This document shows positions 5,187-13,226 of a stretch of DNA of 13,226 bases, piece by piece; positions within the stretch are counted from its first letter, which is position 1; each line of letters opens with the position of its first letter. The notes under the pieces were generated by a model that made no database searches, had not been told where the DNA came from, and worked only from the letters and a program-made list of their open reading frames with translations. Location: the NCBI GenBank assembly GCA_964373795.1, contig CAYJVY010000005.1, forward strand, positions 1-13,226, given 5' to 3'. Both the position numbers and the translations under genes were made by a program. The stretch is from an uncultured archaeon. GTDB taxonomy: Archaea; Iainarchaeota; Iainarchaeia; Iainarchaeales; DATDZZ01.

Positions 5187-8100
5187 ATGGCTTTAAGTGA
5201 GGTTTTTTCAGGAATTTACAATAAAGTTGAAGAAACATATTATGGGTTCTTTGATTTCCTGGAAGAAAAAGGAATTCCTCTTTCAGGATATAATGCTTTT
5301 TTAGAGGAAAAAGGAATCCCTGCAATGCCTTTCACTATTGCATTAATTTTGCTTTTAATTATTGGCTCGCTTGGAGTAATGAATTTCTCTGCAGGAGTAA
5401 ATCAAAAAATTTCTTTCATAATTAAAGACGATTTTGGAAACCCATTAAAAGATGTTAAAATAACTTTTTTGAATGAAAAAAATGAAAAAATAATTGATGC
5501 AGAGAAAAGCGATTCAACTGAATTCCTTTTACAAGGAAGGCCTTTAGGAGAAAAAATCTTAGTTGAAGCAACTAAAAAAGGATTCAAAAAAGGAACTGCA
5601 AATTTAGAAATTGAAAAAGACAAACCTGTTTCTTTAAGTTTTACTTTGGAAAGAGAAGAAGGAGGAACAATTACTGGAAAGATTAGATTAGTTGATGCTG
5701 CAACTGATTCATTGATTTCAAAAGAAAAATTAATTGTAACAGCTAAATGGGGAAAAGGAGCTGAACAAATTACAAGGCAAGCAAATTTTATTGAAAAAAC
5801 TAGTTCATGGAATTTTCCTCAAATTCCAAGAGGAGAACAAGTATTAGTTGACATTAAAGCAGACAACTATGAATCGTTTAATCAATTAATGAGGTTTGAA
5901 AACGAGGAAGCAATTACAGTTGAATTAAAGCCAAAAGCTTCTCTTGCAGGATTAAAAGTTAAATTAACTTTAATAGTTAAAGACTTAGAAAAACAAGAAC
6001 TCTTACAAGAAATTGGAGTTAGAATTGTTCAACAAGACGGAGAAGATTTCGCAAACATTGAAAAAACTAATTCAGGGCATTCAATTGAAATTCCAACAGA
6101 AATAGGGTTTAAAATTGAAGTAAGAAAAGAAGGATTCATTACTTATTTGTCTCCGGAATTTATTACAATTAAAGAAGACACTGAACAAGAAATCTTTCTT
6201 CAAAAAGGAGGAGAAAGTTTAAGAGTACTAGTATTAAATGCAATAAATAATCCAGTTGAAAACAGTTTAGTGCAATTATTTGATTTTCAAGGAAACAAAA
6301 TAGGCGAAACCCAGACAACAACCTTTGAAGGAGTTGCAAGATTTGAAGGATTAAATCCTGAAGAAAAATATTTTGTAACAGTTTTCAATGAAAAATACTT
6401 GCCTAAAAGAGTTGAAGTGCAAACAAAAACTGAAAAAGAAACCTCAATTAAATTAGAAGAACTTACTTCAACTAATTCAAGTAGTTTAGTAATTTTAGTT
6501 GAAGACAATAAAGCAGTAAAACAAGCAAACACTTCCTTATTCTTTTACGAATTAATTGAAGACAAGCAATTGCCTTTAGGAATTCCAAAAAAAGAAACAG
6601 ATTTACAAGGAACTCTTACAGTTAACGTTCCGCAAAACATTAAAGTATTAGTTAAAGCAGTTAAAGGAGGATTTGAAGGAACAGGGGAAACAGAAATTAA
6701 AACAGAGCCAGTAGTTCAATTAAAAATAGTAATAGAGTTAAGCAGCACTGCAACAAAAATTTTGTTAAAAGATTTAGTAGGAAAACCAGTTAAAGGAAAA
6801 GTAAAAATTGAGTCTCCAACAGGAGAAATATTATTTGAAGGAGAAACAAATGGAGAAGTATTCATTAATCCTGGGAACTCAAAATTTGTTAAAGTAACTT
6901 TTACAGATGCATCAGGGCAAACATTTACAGAAGAATTAAATGTTGAAAGCAGACTTGCAACAATGAAAATTAAAACAGGTGAAACAACTGGATTAGAACC
7001 AAAAATTGAATTCTTAGGAGTATTTGATGTAAGAGGAAATAAAACTGAAGGAGTTGAAAAAGGAAAAGATTATTACTTAAATTTTGAATTAACTTTTCCT
7101 GAAGGAGACTTTGAAGGAGGAATGCATGTAAGAGTTGGCCCAGATGACGTGAAATTTGTTGACTCACAGTTTGCAGGAGTAACAGGTTTTCTAGGAGATG
7201 CAGATAGATTTGTTTATGGAAGAACTTATAACGCGTTTCCTTCTCCAGGACAACAAATAATTGATTTAAGAAACCAAGGAGTTTCAGGGGAATTCAATAA
7301 ATGGATTGAATTATATTTCAATAAACCAAAAGGAAAAAAAGTAATTAAAGTAAGAGTTCAAGCAAGAGAATCAACTACAGCTGATTCATTTGAATTACAT
7401 TACAGATCGTGGATTAAAACAGATTTAGGATATATTAGAACTCCTGAAGACTCAATTCTTCAACAAGCAGCATTTAATTCCAGTAAAAGCACTTTATATG
7501 CTGATTCAATTAAGCAAGACATAAAAATTTTTGAAGGAAAAACTAATTGTAAAAAACTATTATGCGCTTCATATAATTTTGTAACAAAAAATAGAGGAAT
7601 ATTTGCAGCAGATGCATTTAAAGCAATTAAAGATGAAGTAAATGCATTAGAAATAGAGTTAACTGCAACTGAATCAGTTAAACCAGTTGTAAGCATTAAC
7701 ACTCCAAAAGATCCAATAAACGTAGTGTTAACTGGATTTGATATAAGGAATTTCACTGAATTCATTAACCAAGAAAAAGAAGACACTTCTTTAGAGATTA
7801 GTTCAATTTCTTTAAACAAAAACGAAACACTAAAAATACGCGTGTATTTTAAAGGATTAAATGAAACAACTTCCAGCATTGCAACTCAAATAGTTGCAGG
7901 AAATGAAGTAATAAAAGAAACCTTTTACTTTCCAATATTTGTTGAAAAAGAAATGAATGTAACTGTTTCTCCTTCAAATGCAACGCTTGGAGAAAACATT
8001 ACAGTTCTTGCAAAAGATGTAGACGGAATAGGAATTGAAGACGCAAAAATTGAAATTAAAAGCTTGGGAAAAAGAACAGTTAAAACAATTCAAGGAAATG

Positions 8101-11100
8101 CTTCAAATAATAGAGGTTTAAGTGGAAGATATTTTATTGAAAACAATTTAGATCCAGGAAGATATAAATTATTAGTAACTGCTCCTGGGTTTAAGTTTTT
8201 TGAAACAGAAATTGAAATAGGGAAAACAAATGTATTAAAGATTGAGTCTCCAATTAAGTTAAACATTTTAAAGGAAATAAAAAAAGCTTCAAAAACTGTA
8301 AGCTTAAGTAATACAGGAGAAGAAACAATTGAAAACATTTCATTTACTTTAATTAAAGCAGAAGAATTTGATGAAAGCTTTAAAGTAGAGGTTTCAGGGC
8401 CAACAAGTTTGCCTGGAAAAGCAAGTCCAAGCAATTTAGTAATTAAAGCTGAATTCATTGGAGAAGACATTGAAGCAAGAAAAGCATCTCATGTAAAACT
8501 AGTTGTAACTGGAAACATTGTAGGAAAATATTCAACTAAATCAGAGGAAACAATTGATTTAACCTTTAATCAAAAACTTGAAGAAAATTGCATTGAATTC
8601 AGTAAACAAAAACTTGGAGTAGCATTACTTGCAGAAACAGATTTCACTAAAGACTTTGGAGGAAGTTTTGCTTATTCAAATCCTCCACTAAATCCATTCA
8701 CTAATCCTCAAAGAAGACAAGAATTGAAAACAGTTGGATTAAGTGCAAGCAAAAACGTTGACTTTGTTGCAAAAAATAAATGCAATGAAAAAGTTGTTTT
8801 AAGGCCAGCATTTAAAGGAAATCAATTCATTAAAATTGATGCCCAAGAAATTGCTTTAGATGCAGGAGCAGAACAACCAGTAATTATTACTGTAACAAAT
8901 TTAGTTGATCAAGCAGATTTTGGAAGAAGAATTCATAACTTTGATTTAGTGTTTGAAGCAAGCCAGTTAACTAAAAGAATTCCTTTAAGTGTAAGCATTT
9001 TAAGCTCCAGGTTTGCAATCATTGCTCCAACAAATATTGAAATAGCAATTGCTCAACCAACTCCAAATGCAAAAATAAGAGTAGTAGAGCCTATAATGAT
9101 TTTAAATCAAGGAGAATTTGATATTGAAGCAATTGATTTATCCATTGACCCAACAAGTGAAGGAGGATTAAAGTTCAGCATTTTCCCAGTACAAGCATTT
9201 CCATTGCTTAGAAGAGGGCAAAGCGTTTTCCCTCCAAAAGCAATAGTAATTGAAGCAGATCAAATCAAATCAGGAGATGTTTTAACTCAAATAAATGTAT
9301 TTGGAACAATTGAAGGAAAACGCTTACTGCTTAGAACAATTAATGTAATCTCTCATGTATCAGCTCCCGGATGCATGCAAGTAAGTCCTACAACTTTTTT
9401 CTTTGAAAGAGTTAAACCAGAAGGAGTAATATCCAAAGAAATTAAAATAAAAAATTTGTGTTCAGAGCCTTTAAGAATTTCAAGTGCATCAATTGAAAGC
9501 GAGTTAGGGCAAAACCAGTTAGGAATTCGCCCAATCTCAAACCAAACAGGTTTAATTGGATTAAACTTTGAAGAAACATTTGCATTAGAATTAGGAGTTA
9601 AAGCAATCAGTCAAATAAATACTGCTCTAAAAATTAACGGAGTATTAGTTAACAGTCAAACACCTATTTCTTCAGAGCCTTTAACTGCTTCAATTAATAT
9701 TGGGCCAACATCAGTGCAAGAAGGAAAAGCAACTCAAGAATTTGAAATGAATGTATGTGAAGAGCCAAACAAAAAAGTTACAGTGAAATTTCCATTACCA
9801 ACTAATTACGCTAACCCTAATTGCTCTGAAGGATACTGTGATGCAGTGCAATTAACTGATTTCTTGGCTAAAAAAATTAATCAAAAAGTTCAAGAAATTG
9901 ATGGAAGAGTTTCACTTGAAAAAGGAGAAACAACTGGAGACTTTAAAACATTTGAAGACTTAAAGGTAAGAGAAGAAGAATTCACTGTATTCTTTCAAAA
10001 CGATAATTTAACTCCAGAAGAATTAAAGAAAGCAATTTCAGAAGACAAATACTATAAAATAAGGCATTACATTGTAGAACTAGATTCAGTTAAAGGATAT
10101 GAAGCTAAAAGAACTGGAAAAGCATTTCTTGGATCTAGAATTTTATTGGAAACAGAAAATTTCAGGGGATGCGGAAAATACATTGCCAGAATTAAAGGAA
10201 GCGTTCCAGTAATTAATGGAAAACTTAGAACTGATTCAATAATTTTATTCGTTGAAGTAACTCAAGACAAAGATGAAACAGCTGAATGCCTGCCAGTAAT
10301 TGAAAACTTTTCAAACTTTTTGCCAAGAGATCGAGATGTAGATGCAAAATCTTCTCTAGGAGTATTGCCTGGAACTGTTTTCACTGAACAACAAGGATTA
10401 GAAGAAATGGGTAAAAAAATGGCAGAAGTTTTATTCAATTCAAGTGAAAGATATGTAAACAAAAACACTAACAAGTTATTACTTGAATTAGGAGCGGGAA
10501 AAGAATTACAAGGAAGGTTATTGAAACTAGATATAGAAAAAGCTTCAATTGGAGAAGGAGCAAAAATATTAAAGGCAACAGTAAACGATAAAGTGTTTGC
10601 TTCACTGGCAAAAGAAAAACTAGTAGAAGAAGCAGCTCAAGCAATTAATGCTTTAACTCAAAAAAAGTTAAGCAATATGTGTAAATCAAATTCAGGATAT
10701 TTCTTAATTTCTTCAAGCGAAGCAGTAACAGAATCCTTAGAGATTCCAAAAGAAACACTAAAAATAAGACTGTTAAGACAAACAAGTGCAACTCCTGAAA
10801 CTCAATGCACTGCATTCAATGTTTCAGCATTAAAACCAGTAAACGAATTAGTGTACGGGTTTTCAGAAGAAGCTCATTCCTTGCTTGCAACTCAAAAAAT
10901 TAATGTATTTGAATTAAGAGAAACAAATGAAAAAGGAAATCCAGGAAACATTGTAAGCAAAATAAGCAATTTGCCAGAAGAATTCACTGCAACAAATTTA
11001 AGCAGTATAAGGGAAAGCGATTTCGTTAAAGGAAAATACAGTAGAACATTCAATGTATGCGCTTTAGGATCTGCTGCAATGGCTGCAGCTCACGGAGAAA

Positions 11101-13226
11101 AATTCTTTACATCAGTTAAAAACAACGATGCAGAATTATTTCAGCCACAAAAAATTTCAGTTGAATTAGAAGCATGTTTTTCAAATCCATTAAAAGGAGT
11201 AGAAGAGTTTTACAGAGAAATAGAATCAGATGAAGCAAAAATAAAGCTAGGAGAAGGAGAAAAAATAGTGAAATATGCTTCATTTACTTGGAAAGGAACT
11301 CCAGAAAAACTTGCATTAAAAGACTTGATTGATGAAATGCTTAAACAAGGAGTTGAAGTAAAAGGATTTACAACAAATATAACAGATCAAACTGGAGCAA
11401 ATATTGGAAAAGAGTTAAGCAAAGAACACAATGAAAAAATAAAACAAGCAAACACTCAAGGAATAATGACTCGCTATCTTCCAGCATGCGCTGCAACTGC
11501 TGCAGGACTAGGATTTTTAACTAAAGGCGGGCCTTTAGGATCTTTATTTGATGCAGTATTTGATTGCGCTATTCCAGCAATAGTAGCAGCATCCTCTTAC
11601 GATCCATTGGCTAAAACAATTTACGATAACTCTATTGGAGTAATTAAAAAAGTTTTAGGAAGTGGTTGGGAAACAGCATTAGAATTAATTGGAGGAGAAG
11701 AAAAAGTAAAAGAAGCAGTTGAAGCAGGAGTAAGCCTTGAAACAGCTTCCACTCCAGAAGAAAGGTATACTGCATTAAATGCAATTGAAAATGTTTCAGG
11801 AAAAGAATTAGATGAATTCTTTGAAGGCGAATACGGAGACATGCAAAAATTAGTTGCAGAAGGAACAATTGAATCCACTATTGCAGGAGCAGCTGCTGCA
11901 GGAACAAGAGGAAGAATTCTTCATCCAAGGCTAGTGAAAGGATTTGCTTCACAATTATCAGATCAATACGTGAATGCATTCATTAAAGAAAGAGGTTTAA
12001 CAGGAGAAGCAGCAAAACAATTCAGAACATCTGCTGGAAAAGTTTTAGAAGAAAGACTTGCAAAAGCATTAGAAGCAGATGCATCAAAAATAATTGGAAA
12101 AAGAGGGGCAAGAGTTACAACAGGGTATTTAAGTAATCAATTAAAAACAGTTGCAAATCAACCAGACTTTTTAGACAAGGCTTGGGAAGAATTTGTTAAA
12201 GACACTAAAAAGATTCCAGCAGGAGCAACAATGCATCCAGCACTAACTGAATTAAGAGGAACTGGAGCTCCTGTAGGAACTCCTGCAACTCCATTTCAAG
12301 CAGAAGTAGAAGACATTTTAGAAAAAACAGTTAAAACAAAAACTACAGCTATTGCAAACAATTTAGGAGATGTAACAGGGCTTCCAAGGCAAAACATTCC
12401 AATTACTCCTGGAGGATTACCAACAGGAAGAAATGTAGGAGCATTCAGAGACTCAATTAGAGATGGTTTGACTTCAAGAGCAATTGCAAAACTTCAAGCA
12501 GAAGGAGTTGAAATAACTACTCAACTAGAAACAGAAATTAGAACATTTATGCATACACAATCCAGAACAATTCCAGTTCAATCTGAAAACATATTTGCTC
12601 CAAGAGGGACTACAGCTGTAACACAGTATTATATGGATCTTCCAGACAATCAAGCAAAAACAATGGTAAACAATGCTTTAAACAATACAAGAATTAAGGA
12701 TGAAATTGCTCAAGCTTTATACGAACACAATGACACTTTAGAAGCAATTGAAAAACAAGCTGCAAACAAGTTTTTGAAAGACTCTGCAGATAATGCATTA
12801 GAATCTGCAAGCAAAGTAACTACTACTAAGAAAATTGCAAGGCTTGGAAAAAATTTATTTACAGGAGCTGCAAGAGGATTCTTTATTGGAAGCATTGCAA
12901 ACTTTGCAGGACTAGGCGCATGGAAAGCATTCTTTTCAAACGGAGAAGGAGCAAAACCATTAGATTCAATTACAGTAATTGGCGCAAGAACAGATGTAAT
13001 TGAAGGCCTCCAAGGAAATGAAATGCAAAACGTGGAATTAGATAAAGAACATGTATTCAAATTAATTTACTCTAAACCAGATTTAAAGCAAGAAAAATAC
13101 ACTTTAGAAATTCAATTAATTGATCCATTAAGAACAGAGGTTCCAAGAAATGCGAAATGGATTTCTTGTAACACAAATCCTGCAGCAGAAGAAAGAGACT
13201 GGAAATACAGAGAAATAAAAGAATAA
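5187..13226 (+). CDS. Giant (about 2,680 aa) membrane-anchored surface protein with carboxypeptidase-regulatory-like/Ig-like and PapD/ASH-like beta-sandwich arrays and a novel C-terminal hydrophobic/helical module
   Basis: The frame is open for 8,052 nt (5175-13226, stop TAA at 13224-13226) in AT-rich DNA where stops are frequent, so it is certainly coding. Candidate starts are GTG 5175, ATG 5181 and ATG 5187. ATG 5187 has GGAG 6 nt upstream and is preferred. There is one strong TM helix (aa 52-70 in track numbering). Six tandem modules of about 85 aa (aa 79-600), with a seventh at aa 926-1016, fit the CarboxypepD_reg-like pattern, for example ISFIIKDDFGNPLKDVKITF...ILVEATKKGFK and SLRVLVLNAINNPVENSLVQLF...YFVTVFNEKYLP. 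Four modules of about 100 aa (aa 1027-1510) have 'v.l.N.G...l.i' sandwich patterns. Confidence 0.95.
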   Translation: MALSEVFSGIYNKVEETYYGFFDFLEEKGIPLSGYNAFLEEKGIPAMPFTIALILLLIIGSLGVMNFSAGVNQKISFIIKDDFGNPLKDVKITFLNEKNEKIIDAEKSDSTEFLLQGRPLGEKILVEATKKGFKKGTANLEIEKDKPVSLSFTLEREEGGTITGKIRLVDAATDSLISKEKLIVTAKWGKGAEQITRQANFIEKTSSWNFPQIPRGEQVLVDIKADNYESFNQLMRFENEEAITVELKPKASLAGLKVKLTLIVKDLEKQELLQEIGVRIVQQDGEDFANIEKTNSGHSIEIPTEIGFKIEVRKEGFITYLSPEFITIKEDTEQEIFLQKGGESLRVLVLNAINNPVENSLVQLFDFQGNKIGETQTTTFEGVARFEGLNPEEKYFVTVFNEKYLPKRVEVQTKTEKETSIKLEELTSTNSSSLVILVEDNKAVKQANTSLFFYELIEDKQLPLGIPKKETDLQGTLTVNVPQNIKVLVKAVKGGFEGTGETEIKTEPVVQLKIVIELSSTATKILLKDLVGKPVKGKVKIESPTGEILFEGETNGEVFINPGNSKFVKVTFTDASGQTFTEELNVESRLATMKIKTGETTGLEPKIEFLGVFDVRGNKTEGVEKGKDYYLNFELTFPEGDFEGGMHVRVGPDDVKFVDSQFAGVTGFLGDADRFVYGRTYNAFPSPGQQIIDLRNQGVSGEFNKWIELYFNKPKGKKVIKVRVQARESTTADSFELHYRSWIKTDLGYIRTPEDSILQQAAFNSSKSTLYADSIKQDIKIFEGKTNCKKLLCASYNFVTKNRGIFAADAFKAIKDEVNALEIELTATESVKPVVSINTPKDPINVVLTGFDIRNFTEFINQEKEDTSLEISSISLNKNETLKIRVYFKGLNETTSSIATQIVAGNEVIKETFYFPIFVEKEMNVTVSPSNATLGENITVLAKDVDGIGIEDAKIEIKSLGKRTVKTIQGNASNNRGLSGRYFIENNLDPGRYKLLVTAPGFKFFETEIEIGKTNVLKIESPIKLNILKEIKKASKTVSLSNTGEETIENISFTLIKAEEFDESFKVEVSGPTSLPGKASPSNLVIKAEFIGEDIEARKASHVKLVVTGNIVGKYSTKSEETIDLTFNQKLEENCIEFSKQKLGVALLAETDFTKDFGGSFAYSNPPLNPFTNPQRRQELKTVGLSASKNVDFVAKNKCNEKVVLRPAFKGNQFIKIDAQEIALDAGAEQPVIITVTNLVDQADFGRRIHNFDLVFEASQLTKRIPLSVSILSSRFAIIAPTNIEIAIAQPTPNAKIRVVEPIMILNQGEFDIEAIDLSIDPTSEGGLKFSIFPVQAFPLLRRGQSVFPPKAIVIEADQIKSGDVLTQINVFGTIEGKRLLLRTINVISHVSAPGCMQVSPTTFFFERVKPEGVISKEIKIKNLCSEPLRISSASIESELGQNQLGIRPISNQTGLIGLNFEETFALELGVKAISQINTALKINGVLVNSQTPISSEPLTASINIGPTSVQEGKATQEFEMNVCEEPNKKVTVKFPLPTNYANPNCSEGYCDAVQLTDFLAKKINQKVQEIDGRVSLEKGETTGDFKTFEDLKVREEEFTVFFQNDNLTPEELKKAISEDKYYKIRHYIVELDSVKGYEAKRTGKAFLGSRILLETENFRGCGKYIARIKGSVPVINGKLRTDSIILFVEVTQDKDETAECLPVIENFSNFLPRDRDVDAKSSLGVLPGTVFTEQQGLEEMGKKMAEVLFNSSERYVNKNTNKLLLELGAGKELQGRLLKLDIEKASIGEGAKILKATVNDKVFASLAKEKLVEEAAQAINALTQKKLSNMCKSNSGYFLISSSEAVTESLEIPKETLKIRLLRQTSATPETQCTAFNVSALKPVNELVYGFSEEAHSLLATQKINVFELRETNEKGNPGNIVSKISNLPEEFTATNLSSIRESDFVKGKYSRTFNVCALGSAAMAAAHGEKFFTSVKNNDAELFQPQKISVELEACFSNPLKGVEEFYREIESDEAKIKLGEGEKIVKYASFTWKGTPEKLALKDLIDEMLKQGVEVKGFTTNITDQTGANIGKELSKEHNEKIKQANTQGIMTRYLPACAATAAGLGFLTKGGPLGSLFDAVFDCAIPAIVAASSYDPLAKTIYDNSIGVIKKVLGSGWETALELIGGEEKVKEAVEAGVSLETASTPEERYTALNAIENVSGKELDEFFEGEYGDMQKLVAEGTIESTIAGAAAAGTRGRILHPRLVKGFASQLSDQYVNAFIKERGLTGEAAKQFRTSAGKVLEERLAKALEADASKIIGKRGARVTTGYLSNQLKTVANQPDFLDKAWEEFVKDTKKIPAGATMHPALTELRGTGAPVGTPATPFQAEVEDILEKTVKTKTTAIANNLGDVTGLPRQNIPITPGGLPTGRNVGAFRDSIRDGLTSRAIAKLQAEGVEITTQLETEIRTFMHTQSRTIPVQSENIFAPRGTTAVTQYYMDLPDNQAKTMVNNALNNTRIKDEIAQALYEHNDTLEAIEKQAANKFLKDSADNALESASKVTTTKKIARLGKNLFTGAARGFFIGSIANFAGLGAWKAFFSNGEGAKPLDSITVIGARTDVIEGLQGNEMQNVELDKEHVFKLIYSKPDLKQEKYTLEIQLIDPLRTEVPRNAKWISCNTNPAAEERDWKYREIKE

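Noticed and set aside
5071-5325. 84-aa minus-strand ORF spanning the giant gene's promoter and first 50 codons
   Set aside because: It overlaps the start of the giant gene antisense and runs through the A/T-rich promoter. Its product is low complexity (FLF.., KVKLFKYLK).
5402-13060. Nine minus-strand ORFs of 65-139 aa inside the giant gene (5402-5623, 6287-6532, 6970-7167, 7460-7879, 8090-8470, 10262-10474, 11621-11878, 11644-11868, 12710-13060)
   Set aside because: All are antisense shadows of an unquestionably coding 8-kb frame. Their translations are low complexity (F/L/S-rich) with no starts or RBS context of note.
12855-13226. Giant protein as a substrate of the neighbouring archaeosortase-like enzyme
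   Set aside because: The last hydrophobic segment is followed by 96 more residues, not by a short basic tail. No PGF, PEP, PEF or VPxxxP-type motif precedes it. The tripartite C-terminal sorting signal is absent.
1-13226. CRISPR arrays, IS elements, transposases, integrases, prophage genes, rRNA genes and alternative genetic code
   Set aside because: The only short direct repeats are the single 16-nt duplication and the 12-nt pair in the GC island, so there is no spaced repeat array. No DDE, serine or tyrosine recombinase motifs appear in any ORF. All convincing genes are open under the standard code, and TGA serves as a stop (e.g. 842-844, 2125-2127), so no recoding is needed.

Overview
AT-rich (about one-third G+C by eye), compact prokaryotic DNA with GGAG-type ribosome-binding sites and TATA-like A/T boxes. 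The gene content fits a small-genome episymbiont, most likely a DPANN-type archaeon. A CPR bacterium is not excluded; this placement is inference only. Left to right: (1) the start of a minus-strand CDS leaving the window (1-75). (2) A 130-nt island of about 72% G+C with several stem-loops in the divergent spacer (103-232). (3) A minimal archaeosortase/exosortase-like membrane protease (284-844, +). (4) A Pol-beta-fold nucleotidyltransferase (907-1518, +), overlapped by 13 nt by a 54-codon ORF absent from the supplied track (1506-1670, +). (5) A convergent VapBC-like pair (PIN 1724-2128, RHH 2125-2367, both -) with a 14-bp palindromic operator candidate. (6) A zone of gene debris: a HAD-hydrolase C-terminal piece (2467-2664, -), an archease N-terminal piece (4760-4954, +) with a stop inside a 16-nt tandem duplication, and a HAD N-terminal piece (4905-5033, -). 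(7) Between those fragments, an intact 594-aa lipobox protein with a beta-helix and a beta-propeller (2894-4678, -). (8) A complete 2,683-codon ORF (5175/5187-13226, +) whose stop codon is the last three bases of the window. This giant protein is the main candidate for new biology. It has an N-terminal membrane anchor, about 2,000 aa of stacked beta-sandwich modules, and a compositionally distinct C-terminal 580 aa. That C-terminal part has two Gly/Ala-rich hydrophobic segments, one a GxxxGxxxG zipper, flanking an Arg/Ala-rich 420-aa region. No rRNA, canonical tRNA, CRISPR array, transposase or integrase was recognised. All homology statements come from motif recognition by eye and need profile searches.
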